Positions 29,507 to 38,835 of a DNA stretch of 64,000 nucleotides are shown piece after piece. The notes beneath the pieces were generated by a model that was not told where the DNA came from, ran no database searches, and saw only the letters and a list, made by a program, of their open reading frames with translations. This DNA comes from a virus: IMG/VR virus record IMGVR_UViG_3300045135_001635; one strand, 5' to 3'. The translations under genes were made by a program, and so were the position numbers. The first letter of the stretch is position 1, and each line of letters starts with the position of its first letter.

Positions 29507-29510
29507 AATT

Positions 29511-29861
29511 CTACTCTGGGTGATATGTTCCATATACGCAGTGAGCTAATTCATGCCCCCACGTTTCTAAGTTATTATTATCGTTTACGCCTTTCGGCTT
29601 CACAACATATATATCACAACCGTAAAGTACACTAGCATCAGGGGAGATAAACCAATCAGCTTTCCCTTCAATTCTTCGTTCTTCATCTTGATTGTCGCGA
29701 AGATATTCACGCATCTCATTCCTAGTTTCGAAAACGTGTACAGTAATAGGAAATTCTACTCCAGAAAAGTCTTGAGTCCCCTTTATAGTGTCTTCACTTT
29801 CTTTTTTAACACAGCCGACGACTAACATCATAAATGCTGCGATTACGATTAACTCTCTCAT
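29511..29861 (-). CDS. putative lipoprotein with HExxH motif
   Basis: Lipobox-like LVVGC; GHELAHC. Confidence 0.6.
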   Translation of the reverse strand: MRELIVIAAFMMLVVGCVKKESEDTIKGTQDFSGVEFPITVHVFETRNEMREYLRDNQDEERRIEGKADWFISPDASVLYGCDIYVVKPKGVNDNNNLETWGHELAHCVYGTYHPE

Positions 29862-30199
29862 TTCATATACCTTTTAGCGTGACCTGCGTTTATCATTTGT
29901 TCGTTAATACTAATATCGAATTGGTTGTTGTAGAACTCACCTAATATTCTTCCGTATTTCCCTTTCTTGTCGAGCTTTGTGCGGAGGATACATGTTTCTC
30001 CCAACGCGCCCTCAAGGAATTTGGTGGCGTCTTTACCCAACTTCTTCTCAACAATATCGCGTGTACGAGACTCAGGAGCATCAATACCGTATAAACGGAC
30101 ACGCTGATTGCTGTAAACAATACCGAAGCCAAGATCAATATCAACGTCAACAGTATCGCCATCGACCACTCGTACAACCTTACAATGATACTCATACAT
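29858..30199 (-). CDS. thermonuclease (SNase-like)
   Basis: RVVDGDT, RVRLYGIDAPE, GKYGRILG, IN..MI..GHA. Confidence 0.9.
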   Translation of the reverse strand: MYEYHCKVVRVVDGDTVDVDIDLGFGIVYSNQRVRLYGIDAPESRTRDIVEKKLGKDATKFLEGALGETCILRTKLDKKGKYGRILGEFYNNQFDISINEQMINAGHAKRYMK

Positions 30200-30200
30200 C

Positions 30201-30404
30201 TTAGTTTCCGAAGTACTTCGCAATGATTTCTAATTGATCTTCGTATTCTGAAATCGCTTTCAGTTCAACTTCAATCGCTTCAATAATATCAGAATGCTCG
30301 CCGATACCAACTGGATTTGCCAAGTAAACTTCAACATTCATTTTGTGTTTATTAATATGACCGATAGCGTGTGAGCGTAAGGTCTCTAATATTTGTTCTC
30401 TCAT
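30201..30404 (-). CDS. conserved hypothetical protein
   Basis: NVEVYL.NPVGIGEHSDI motif common in T4-like phages. Confidence 0.7.
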   Translation of the reverse strand: MREQILETLRSHAIGHINKHKMNVEVYLANPVGIGEHSDIIEAIEVELKAISEYEDQLEIIAKYFGN

Positions 30405-30862
30405 TTTGTTCTTGCCTTTTCAATAGCACGTGAACCAAACCAAAAAGATATAACCGCAGCGAAGATTGCTTGAGTGTCTTCATCCCAAATAACCTGTAAT
30501 GCTTCACTTAAATCCATTCCGTTTTTCAACGCTTCGTTTAATATTGTCACCTCAATCGCAGCGAATAGAAAAAAGAAACAGTATGTTATAACTGGTCGTA
30601 CAGACTTCTGTAACCCAGAAATAAATCCTCTGCCTTTTGCTATCTCGGTATCGTGCGTGAGTAACGCTTTTTGTTCTTCGTGTAATCCCATCTCTCGGAA
30701 TCGTTTTATCTCATGGTCATATCCAGCTTTCTGTAACTCAGCCATCTTTTCCATTTTACTTAATTCAAACTCGTGTTGACGTTTGCTTTTAAAATGGTCA
30801 GTAATAGCTGGAACAACAGAACTTCCGAATCCTAACAATGAGCCTATTAACCCGCTTATCAT
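30401..30862 (-). CDS. 3TM holin-like membrane protein
   Basis: SVRPVITY..F and ISFWFGSR motifs; hydrophobic segments. Confidence 0.65.
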   Translation of the reverse strand: MISGLIGSLLGFGSSVVPAITDHFKSKRQHEFELSKMEKMAELQKAGYDHEIKRFREMGLHEEQKALLTHDTEIAKGRGFISGLQKSVRPVITYCFFFLFAAIEVTILNEALKNGMDLSEALQVIWDEDTQAIFAAVISFWFGSRAIEKARTK

Positions 30863-30863
30863 T

Positions 30864-31547
30864 TTATTCTCCCCAGTAATTCTTTACCCACGGCTGAGGA
30901 AGGTATTCCCTCATCGGAGTAGTTACTTTTTCTGACATTGATTGAATAATGCTTGGTCTGCCGTGAAAGCATATGATAGAAGCAGAATCAATATTATCAG
31001 GATACACTTGGTACTTATATGATTTTAATTGTTTTGGAAACAAATCTTGTAATAAATCTCGATGTTTTATTATACTATCTAAGTATTCGCCATCACCTCG
31101 GAACTTAGAAACGATTTCATCTTTCTGTAGCATAAACTCAAGATAAATCCAATTCATATATTCAGACCGCCAAGCAAGTACACCACTTTGTAGTTTACCT
31201 TTCAAGTGAGGTTGATGAGCGTTAATCGCGCCAAGGTCTTCAATACCTAAGAATGAACCGTCATACTGTAACAACCAATCAATATTACCAGTGATAAGCG
31301 TATCAAGGTCAAAGTATACAACGCGCCCTTTCATATCACCCTTGAACATCTGTAACTTATTCCACCAACCTGTTAATCCAGGAGCCAACAACTTACAGTC
31401 AATCCCTTCTAACATTCTATCACTATAGCATACGAAATCAAAAGGAACCGTCGAGTTTTTCTCTACAGCCTTCTTTAAGTTATACACATAATCAGAGGTA
31501 AATTTATTTCCCCAAAATACACAACAAACTGTAACTTTATTAGACAT
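30864..31547 (-). CDS. glycosyltransferase (GT-A, DxD)
   Basis: CV.WG.KF...YV..L, GWWNKLQMF, YFDLD, FHGRP. Confidence 0.75.
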   Translation of the reverse strand: MSNKVTVCCVFWGNKFTSDYVYNLKKAVEKNSTVPFDFVCYSDRMLEGIDCKLLAPGLTGWWNKLQMFKGDMKGRVVYFDLDTLITGNIDWLLQYDGSFLGIEDLGAINAHQPHLKGKLQSGVLAWRSEYMNWIYLEFMLQKDEIVSKFRGDGEYLDSIIKHRDLLQDLFPKQLKSYKYQVYPDNIDSASIICFHGRPSIIQSMSEKVTTPMREYLPQPWVKNYWGE

Positions 31548-32184
31548 CGACTATCTCAAATCCTTTATCATAATTATGTTTCGACAAACAACCAGTTTCT
31601 TCTTGTATCGTAGTAAAGCTGTCATCTGCTATCGCGACCCAAGGGTAATACTCTTGTAAGAAGTTAAATCTACGCTTATCAAGATATACATCAGTTGTCA
31701 TTGCTTCGCCTTTCGCTTTCTCACATAGTATATTCGCGCCAATCGGAGTTACGATATAAGCGTGAGCGCCAGGAAAGTATGGCTTGCTACAGAGTTCACC
31801 CCAGCCAAGTGTCGTCGGCGGATTAACCTTACCGTAACTTGGGTGACCGATATTACCAACAAAAATAGGTGGTGGTGGTGGCGAGTTTTGTAAGACAGCG
31901 TCGTGCTCAAATATCGCATAAGGTTGATTATGCTCAACACAAGACTTCCATAATGTATAGTGTGATAAGAACGCAGCAATACTGTTAGGTGTCTTTGAGT
32001 ACTTACCTACAAACCGTGTAGGGTCTATACCAATTCGTTCACAAATAGCAAATATGTCTTGATGAGGAGTAATAGCCAAGAACTTTTGAATATCCCAACC
32101 ATAACGCTTACCACTTTCGATACAACGGTCTGCTGCTTGTTGAGATTTTTCGTGTCCGTCTATAGCAATAACAAATGATTTCAT
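31540..32184 (-). CDS. glycosyltransferase family 25-like
   Basis: FLSHY.LW, IFEHDA, GAHAYIVTP.GA..L. Confidence 0.8.
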   Translation of the reverse strand: MKSFVIAIDGHEKSQQAADRCIESGKRYGWDIQKFLAITPHQDIFAICERIGIDPTRFVGKYSKTPNSIAAFLSHYTLWKSCVEHNQPYAIFEHDAVLQNSPPPPPIFVGNIGHPSYGKVNPPTTLGWGELCSKPYFPGAHAYIVTPIGANILCEKAKGEAMTTDVYLDKRRFNFLQEYYPWVAIADDSFTTIQEETGCLSKHNYDKGFEIVDV

Positions 32185-32185
32185 T

Positions 32186-32452
32186 TTACTCTACAATTAA
32201 TTTAACGTGCTCATAATCTACGATAGCGCATTTGATACCATCAAGTTCAACTGGCAACGCTTTCGACCAATCAAGGTACACTGTTGCGCCAGCAACCAAT
32301 TCATTTTTCAACACAACGTCCATACCCATACCAATTACTTTGGCTGGCTTATTACCTGTCGTTACATCAGAGGATAAGATTAATCCGCTCGCCGTTTTAT
32401 TTTCAGTTTGTTTGTCTTCAGTCACGAGTACATTATTATGTAATACTTTCAT
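32186..32452 (-). CDS. groES: co-chaperonin GroES-like
   Basis: MK.L.NNVLV, TASGLIL mobile loop, V..G.G. Confidence 0.8.
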   Translation of the reverse strand: MKVLHNNVLVTEDKQTENKTASGLILSSDVTTGNKPAKVIGMGMDVVLKNELVAGATVYLDWSKALPVELDGIKCAIVDYEHVKLIVE

Positions 32453-32502
32453 GATATTCCTTTTAATTAATTTGTATCATTATATATTTAAATCGTAAAC
32501 GC

Positions 32503-32524
32503 AAAAAAGGAGACCGAAGTCTCC
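32503..32524 (-). terminator. intrinsic terminator, UUCG loop
   Basis: Minus strand GGAGAC-TTCG-GTCTCC-TTTTTT. Confidence 0.88.
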
Positions 32525-32548
32525 TCTTTATTATAACATAGTGTTAGA

Positions 32549-33226
32549 TTATAGACCTAATTCTACAGCCTTTTGGTCGATATACTTAGCTTGTTCAACA
32601 GTTAGTACATCAGCCCAAGCACCTACTTTCTCGATATAAGGACTCTCAGCGTCTAAACGTAAACCACGAACTTCAGAAGCAGTTACAACTTGTTCAACAA
32701 CTTCCATAGAGATTTTTAACTCAGGAATCGCACGTAATTTATCCAATACAGAAACAAGAACCGCGTGAGGGTTTTGTACTAAATCTTCTAATGATACTTT
32801 TGTGTAAGAACCACCTAAACTATCTAAACGTTCTTTACATAACTCAGCACTACGAATAAGTAAATCTATTTTTGGTATCGTAATTTCTTCACCTTCTTGA
32901 CGGATTTTAGAAACCTGAATCGCTATATCATCTTTAAGATCACGCTTAACATAAATTACCTTATCAGAAAAACCCTTAAAATGTGGTTCAACTGTTTTCC
33001 AACGTTGTAGTGGAAAATCTTCTTCATGAGCATAACCTGTAGATAATGTAGAAGGTATTAATGAGTGAAACCCCAATTCCTTTGATGTAGCAGCAATAGT
33101 AAGACTTTGCCCTCCTACGCCATAAGCCTTTGAGATATATTGACCTACTAAAGAAGAAAGTAGTTCGTGACCAGATTCAGCTGAACCTACGACCAAACGA
33201 TCTTCTAATTGAATAATTCTTGACAT
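32549..33226 (-). CDS. sulfotransferase-fold protein (degenerate PAPS motif)
   Basis: VVGSAESGHELL, KVIYVKRD.KD, VSLEDLVQNP, KVGAW...LT.EQ...ID. Confidence 0.55.
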   Translation of the reverse strand: MSRIIQLEDRLVVGSAESGHELLSSLVGQYISKAYGVGGQSLTIAATSKELGFHSLIPSTLSTGYAHEEDFPLQRWKTVEPHFKGFSDKVIYVKRDLKDDIAIQVSKIRQEGEEITIPKIDLLIRSAELCKERLDSLGGSYTKVSLEDLVQNPHAVLVSVLDKLRAIPELKISMEVVEQVVTASEVRGLRLDAESPYIEKVGAWADVLTVEQAKYIDQKAVELGL

Positions 33227-33288
33227 TTAAATGTTCCTTTGTTTTAAAAACCTTGCCTGCGCAGACAAATTAAAGTTTAAGTTGAGAC

Positions 33289-33296
33289 TATTTATA
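33289..33296 (-). promoter_or_regulatory. late promoter TATAAATA
   Basis: Exact consensus upstream of sulfotransferase-like gene. Confidence 0.7.
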
Positions 33297-33298
33297 CA

Positions 33299-34288
33299 TT
33301 AATCTCGGAACTCGTCTAAGCTAAACTCGGTTCCGTGCATCTTATGTAGATCGCGGTCGTGGTTACTATAGACTAATGTTTCAGGATCGTCGATTAAGAA
33401 GTCGCAAGTCTTACAGTAATCAGGATAATTACCTGTACGATGACCTTCACGTAGTGCTTCATATTCTTCACCAAAGAAGATATCAATAACACTATCCTCA
33501 GAAGCGTGACCTAATACAGCTTTCTCATCTTGACCTAATACCTGACAGCAAGGGTGTACAGCACCTGTCTTACCTTTTTCCAAACCACCTGCGCGTATTA
33601 CTAAGTCAGGTGAGAACGGACGACCACAAGTCTTAACGTTACCTGTACGAGCATTATCGCCAATCTCATAAACGCCAGACCAGTTATGCATCTTCCAGAT
33701 TTCAGTCTTAACTTTAAGTTCTTCAACTATCGCCTTGTAGCGTTCGAGTTCTTCCTCGATCTTCTCGTTGTCCGTGATAAGGTGATACGTCGCAACCGTG
33801 CAGTCTGCTCCGCTTTCCTCAACGTATGCCACCATCTCCTTGATGTTCTGTTTAATTTTTTCATAAGCACCGCCAATGGAATTATGCATCCACTTGGTAT
33901 AGTCCTCACCAGTTGAACCAATAAAGGAGAAACGGTAGAAGTCTAATCCAGCGTCAACACAATCACGCATAAATTGCCCTTCCATCTTAAACCCATTAGA
34001 GAATAAGTATGCTTGAGCGCCATATTTCTTAACTACCTTGATATACTCAGGTAGATTCTTTGCCATCGTAGCTTCGCCCGAACCATCTAAGTTTACAACA
34101 CGTAAACCGTGCTTCGCACAATCAGCCACATACCCTTCAAACTCGTCGAGTTTCATAATACGACGAAAACGTTTATCACGTCCGCCTTCGCGAATATCTT
34201 GAGGACACATCGAGCAAGAGTAGTTACAGCCACCAGCAACTTCTATTACTGCTCGGTCGATGTGAAAAGTGTCTCTATTCATTTCCAT
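33299..34288 (-). CDS. radical SAM enzyme with SPASM/Twitch domain
   Basis: CNYSCSMC; C-terminal CGRPF...PCC...CKTC. Confidence 0.9.
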   Translation of the reverse strand: MEMNRDTFHIDRAVIEVAGGCNYSCSMCPQDIREGGRDKRFRRIMKLDEFEGYVADCAKHGLRVVNLDGSGEATMAKNLPEYIKVVKKYGAQAYLFSNGFKMEGQFMRDCVDAGLDFYRFSFIGSTGEDYTKWMHNSIGGAYEKIKQNIKEMVAYVEESGADCTVATYHLITDNEKIEEELERYKAIVEELKVKTEIWKMHNWSGVYEIGDNARTGNVKTCGRPFSPDLVIRAGGLEKGKTGAVHPCCQVLGQDEKAVLGHASEDSVIDIFFGEEYEALREGHRTGNYPDYCKTCDFLIDDPETLVYSNHDRDLHKMHGTEFSLDEFRD

Positions 34289-35150
34289 AACGTTCTCTCA
34301 TTTCTTCTTCATATTTAACAGCTTTGAACTTACTATGTCCTAATAACTCAGGGAACATATCCATCCATTCCCATATATTATTTTTATCTTTCTCGTCAGG
34401 ACTACAGCGTATCGCGTTCGGAGTATGGTATTTAGTAATTCCTTCACTACTAATCACAGCAGTCGGACGAGCAAAGTTCTTCGCAACATAATGCCACATA
34501 CCATCATAACAGACACAAAGACGTGACGTTGATATTAAATACATTGCTTCACGTATTGGTGTACGATAAGTTATTTCGTGACACTCAAAACCATTTTGAC
34601 GTAACTCGGTAATCAACATACCCCAATCACGATCACTGAATAATCGTTTCCAAGTTCTTGGCTTCTCGGCATTAAAAATTGGCGTCCAGAATACAATACG
34701 CTTGTCATTGATAGGTTGAAACGCACTATCACGAAAGATAAAGTTATTATCAGGAACTTCACCACCGCGTTCATCAGTAAATTTACCAGACTCAAACCAA
34801 AAACGCTTCTTGTCGTGAGCGCCTTGTTTCGCAGCAATTCGTTTAGAACCATCAGCTTCCATAACACAATCGTCTTCAAACTTCCAATCACTGTAACGCC
34901 CTGTTGAATTGAAAACATGTACTACATTAACGCGTTCTTTATCCGTATAGAAGTTATGAATATAATCCATACGTTCGATAATCGTTTCTGGATCTTCAAA
35001 GTGATGATAGTAATCCTCGCTGTGTTCCCAGTGCATCTCAAGTTCTACATTAATATCGTTTTTCGCAGCATGAGCATGACAGGAGTTAAGCGCCCACATA
35101 AAGTCACCAACTCCTGGAGTACCTCGCCAACTGACCTTTTCGATAGTCAT
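34275..35150 (-). CDS. glycosyltransferase-like (GT-B/GT9-like)
   Basis: PGVGD near N-terminus; LI..S...V.YDG..H..A.....P..VI near C-terminus. Confidence 0.55.
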   Translation of the reverse strand: MTIEKVSWRGTPGVGDFMWALNSCHAHAAKNDINVELEMHWEHSEDYYHHFEDPETIIERMDYIHNFYTDKERVNVVHVFNSTGRYSDWKFEDDCVMEADGSKRIAAKQGAHDKKRFWFESGKFTDERGGEVPDNNFIFRDSAFQPINDKRIVFWTPIFNAEKPRTWKRLFSDRDWGMLITELRQNGFECHEITYRTPIREAMYLISTSRLCVCYDGMWHYVAKNFARPTAVISSEGITKYHTPNAIRCSPDEKDKNNIWEWMDMFPELLGHSKFKAVKYEEEMRERYGNE

Positions 35151-35480
35151 TTATTTTCCTGTTGTTAGTTTCTTTAGATTACGCGCAGAACCTGTTGAAG
35201 TGTATAGACCAAACCAAGCAGCACCAGCACCAACTACAACCGATATTAAACCAGCCTGAGAAGCCGATGGGTCAGGTAACTCAGTAAACCACTGTATTGT
35301 TATAATAAGGATATACATGTATACTGAGATAAAGATTCTTGGGAAGATACGATAAGCATCCATAACTTCAGCGAAATCTAAGAGAGCCTGAAAGCGACTC
35401 TCCTTATCTTCTTTATTCGTAGTATCAAACTCTACTTCAAGTTCAATCTTTTTCTTTACTGCTTGTACTTCTTCAGTCAT
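35151..35480 (-). CDS. two-TM membrane protein (possibly holin-like)
   Basis: RIFPR...Y TM1; QAGLISVVVGAGAAWFGLY TM2. Confidence 0.6.
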   Translation of the reverse strand: MTEEVQAVKKKIELEVEFDTTNKEDKESRFQALLDFAEVMDAYRIFPRIFISVYMYILIITIQWFTELPDPSASQAGLISVVVGAGAAWFGLYTSTGSARNLKKLTTGK

Positions 35481-37000
35481 TAGAATACCTTCACACCATA
35501 TTTTTGTTCCCACAACTCAGCGTCGTGTTCATCGTTAACCATAGGACGTCCACGAATATTTAGTGACGTATTAAGTAGCATTGGAATACCAGTACGCGCA
35601 TAATATTCTTCGATAATCTTACGGAATACCGATTCACAGTCTTTTGGTACTAACTGAACTCGGGCAGTACCGTCTACGTGAGTGACTGAAGTGTATGGGT
35701 GTAACGCCTTTGACGTAAACTGCATATGCTCATTCATCGGTCCTTCAAAGTATTCGTGAGCGTGTTCCTCTAAGATAGCAGGAGCAAACGGACGATACTT
35801 TTGACGGCGCTTGATAGTATTAACAGTATCTTTTACATCATAGCGTACATCAGCGATTAAGGAACGATTGCCTAATGCTCTCGGACCAAACTCGGCACGA
35901 CCATTAGCGATACCACATACCTTATGTTCGAGTAAGTGATCAACGACAGCTTTGACGTCAACTTCACGATCAATATTATAACCGCAATATGGCGACCAAT
36001 CAAGTTTGTCTTTACCAGTAGCCTTCGCCCAAGAACGAGCAGCAGTACCTAAACCAGAACCCGCATCAGTTGGTGAACAAGCAATATGTACTTCATCAAA
36101 TAATTCAAATAAACGTGAGTTGATTACAACGTTCTGAGCACAACCGCCCGAGTAACATAACTTCTTACCGTACTTGGCAGCTTCGGTCATAATCTGCATA
36201 ATAGCATATTCAGCAAAGTCTTGAGTCGCACGAGCAGCAACTTTATCTTCTACCGCTAATACTTTAGCGCGTAATTCTTCGCGGAACAACACACGATCTT
36301 TCTCGCGCTTAGATACTTCCATATCACCAATCGGAATTCCTTCGGCTAACTCTGGCGCTTCATCTTCTAAGTTATCCCACCAATCAATTAGCCAATCAGA
36401 AATAGCTTTTGATTCAGGAGAGGTATCGTGATACGCAGATAAACCCATTACAACATATTCATCTTCAAGTGGACGTAACCCTAAGAACTTAGTTACGGTA
36501 GTATATACAAGACCAACAGACTTAGGATATTGCCATTCTTTAATAAGATTGAACTCGCTATCCATAATAGTCGCACATTGAATCTCGCCAACGCCGTCTA
36601 TTGATACTAATACTGTATCTTCTTTATCATCCCAAGGACGAGTATAGAAAGCAGCTGCGCAATGTGATTCGTGGTGAGCGTGATTTACATCATACGCTAC
36701 CGAGTGAGGGATTACCATTCGTTGGAAAGTTTCTTCAGCAGTTTCTGGTCTTTCTTTTAAATGATCCTTTGTACCTGTTACCCCATCACCACCGCGCATA
36801 TCAAACTTAACCGTGTGGTCTTCATAGAATGATACGTGGTCATTATCGGAAGTCATATCCCATAAACTTTCAGGAAGAATAGCATCGTTTTTCTTTTTGG
36901 AGTAACGTTCTCCGTGAGTAGCGAAATCTAACTTGCCTGATTCGTCGATAATAGCGAACCCTGCGTCATGATAATATTCACTAAATCCTACATACTTCAT
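35480..37000 (-). CDS. carbamoyltransferase (NodU/CmcH/TobZ family)
   Basis: HDAG, HH.SH, DGVGE, EY.VMGL.AY, GGCAQN, EFGPRALGNRS, RPFAP, HVDGTARVQ, LLNTSLN. Confidence 0.95.
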   Translation of the reverse strand: MKYVGFSEYYHDAGFAIIDESGKLDFATHGERYSKKKNDAILPESLWDMTSDNDHVSFYEDHTVKFDMRGGDGVTGTKDHLKERPETAEETFQRMVIPHSVAYDVNHAHHESHCAAAFYTRPWDDKEDTVLVSIDGVGEIQCATIMDSEFNLIKEWQYPKSVGLVYTTVTKFLGLRPLEDEYVVMGLSAYHDTSPESKAISDWLIDWWDNLEDEAPELAEGIPIGDMEVSKREKDRVLFREELRAKVLAVEDKVAARATQDFAEYAIMQIMTEAAKYGKKLCYSGGCAQNVVINSRLFELFDEVHIACSPTDAGSGLGTAARSWAKATGKDKLDWSPYCGYNIDREVDVKAVVDHLLEHKVCGIANGRAEFGPRALGNRSLIADVRYDVKDTVNTIKRRQKYRPFAPAILEEHAHEYFEGPMNEHMQFTSKALHPYTSVTHVDGTARVQLVPKDCESVFRKIIEEYYARTGIPMLLNTSLNIRGRPMVNDEHDAELWEQKYGVKVF

Positions 37001-37049
37001 TAGTCACCTTGTATAGTTATTTGTTAACGGTGTTATTTATTATTAAAAT

Positions 37050-37072
37050 AAAAAAAGCCACCCGAAGGTGGC
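37050..37072 (-). terminator. intrinsic terminator, UUCG loop
   Basis: Minus strand GCCACC-TTCG-GGTGGC-TTTTTTT. Confidence 0.88.
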
Positions 37073-37091
37073 AAACGCGAGAATCCTTTCT

Positions 37092-37673
37092 CTACTTCAT
37101 TATGAATTCGTAAATTTCTTTCCAGTTTCGAACCTTCGTGACACGTTCGTCTTCAAATGTTCTATTGTGTTCGTGCTTAACTAATAAGCTTGTCAATCCT
37201 AACTCAGCGCCACATACAGCGTTCTCTTGCTTATCTTCGATCCAGTAACACTCAGTTCCTTGATACGGAGCAAGTTCTTCGTCTTTATCAGCGCCAGTGT
37301 CTAAGTATGTATACTTTTCAAAAGCGGTCGGACCAAACAATTCAATTAGGTTTTTAGTCCGTAAGTGTTGCGAGTAATAGTCATCACTCAACGAGGTAAT
37401 TGCGTGGAACACATAACCGTGTTCTTCGTGTAGTTTCTTAACATACTTGATAGCATCACGCAGAGGCGGTAACTTACGGATCGTCGCAGACTCGTTAAAC
37501 ATACGTACAAGCATCTTAGCTAATTTCTTTTCTATGTTATAACGTTTGGCGATGTCATACACGTTAGTGTCAACCTCAACAAAACCGTGACGGCTCATCC
37601 ATTGACCAAATGCGTACACCCAGTCTAATAGGACACCATCACAATCTACTAATATTACTTTATCTTTATTCAT
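37092..37673 (-). CDS. HAD-family 5'(3')-nucleotidase-like protein (T4 30.2-like)
   Basis: DCDGVLLDW, R..NL..LFG, WIEDK..N. Confidence 0.8.
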   Translation of the reverse strand: MNKDKVILVDCDGVLLDWVYAFGQWMSRHGFVEVDTNVYDIAKRYNIEKKLAKMLVRMFNESATIRKLPPLRDAIKYVKKLHEEHGYVFHAITSLSDDYYSQHLRTKNLIELFGPTAFEKYTYLDTGADKDEELAPYQGTECYWIEDKQENAVCGAELGLTSLLVKHEHNRTFEDERVTKVRNWKEIYEFIMK

Positions 37674-37912
37674 TATATATTTTCCTCTAATTTTTTATTG
37701 AAGCGTTCAACCATCTCGGTCGCATATTCTTGTAACGCTTCATCTTCTGATCGCATCGCACGATGTAATAGCATCTCTAAGTTTGCGACAATAGCGCCGT
37801 GAGCACGTGCGAACCCATTACCGATATTACCTTCTTTGTTTCTATAATAAAGTGAATAGCTTTCAACCGCTTCACTCACTTCTTTTAAATCAAATTCACT
37901 AATTGCTTTCAT
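37673..37912 (-). CDS. hypothetical protein
   Basis: TAATG-coupled ORF. Confidence 0.55.
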   Translation of the reverse strand: MKAISEFDLKEVSEAVESYSLYYRNKEGNIGNGFARAHGAIVANLEMLLHRAMRSEDEALQEYATEMVERFNKKLEENI

Positions 37913-38196
37913 TACACTACCACCATTTCATTAAGGAGTTCATCAAAACCTTCGTCAAAAGTCTTTAGCAATTGAATACGACCTTCGTACTCAATCATTG
38001 TTTCAAAGGGAACAGTCAATGTCTGACCATAACGCAACTTGTTAAACTCTTCGCTCTCAGTCACTGACTTTAGAACTTTTACGCTATAACTAAAGGCGTT
38101 TTTTTCAACAACGATGCCAGTGATGTGATCATCGCGACCAAAGAAGTCATAAGATTTAATTTCGTCGCCGATGTCAGCTAGATTTTCGTAGTTCAT
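37912..38196 (-). CDS. hypothetical early protein
   Basis: First ORF behind early promoter copy C. Confidence 0.6.
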   Translation of the reverse strand: MNYENLADIGDEIKSYDFFGRDDHITGIVVEKNAFSYSVKVLKSVTESEEFNKLRYGQTLTVPFETMIEYEGRIQLLKTFDEGFDELLNEMVVV

Positions 38197-38203
38197 AATA
38201 TAT

Positions 38204-38260
38204 TCTCTCTCAATTCAATATAAGTATTATACTTGTTATTGAAACAAAAGTAAACACCTT
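38204..38260 (-). promoter_or_regulatory. early promoter repeat, copy C
   Basis: Near-identical to copy A. Confidence 0.85.
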
Positions 38261-38283
38261 TTTCAGAAAAAAGTGAAAAAAGT

Positions 38284-38835
38284 TTAAATTATTTTTACGA
38301 GGGTCAGACCGTTAGTCTGTTGCTTGCCTTTGAAGTCTGATTGGTAGGTATACTCTTTCACTATCTCGATACGCTCAATCGCGCGTAGATGTTGAAGTAG
38401 AGTACGAACTGTTTGAAGTTCAGTATTATCAAACAAGATATAAGGTATCTTGAGTTCTTTACATAAAAGGTAGTCAGTGAGTGCGCTTACGTAGTCGTGC
38501 TTGCCGTCTAAGAAGCATAAATCAAAAGAGTGAGTCATTGTAAGCATGAATATTTCGGGCGACGGTACGCAGTGTACAGTAACGTTCTCGAAGTTATCCA
38601 TCATATATGTTCCGTACTTACGACCGTTAGGGTGGTCAGGACAGCACGAAATAATCGTAGCATCAGGTGCCAAGTTTGCTAAGTAAGTTGTAGAATGACC
38701 AGCATAGAAGCCAATCTCAAGGATAGACTGCGCCTTGGAAATCTCAATAGACTCCCTCAGCGCGTTAAATACTTCTTCGGACGGTGGTAGGTATCCCCAA
38801 CCATTCTCGTCCCACATTAAATGGTCTAAATTCAT
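38284..38835 (-). CDS. class I SAM methyltransferase (Methyltransf_24-like)
   Basis: ILEIGFYAGHS; FDLCFLDGKHDY. Confidence 0.8.
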   Translation of the reverse strand: MNLDHLMWDENGWGYLPPSEEVFNALRESIEISKAQSILEIGFYAGHSTTYLANLAPDATIISCCPDHPNGRKYGTYMMDNFENVTVHCVPSPEIFMLTMTHSFDLCFLDGKHDYVSALTDYLLCKELKIPYILFDNTELQTVRTLLQHLRAIERIEIVKEYTYQSDFKGKQQTNGLTLVKII

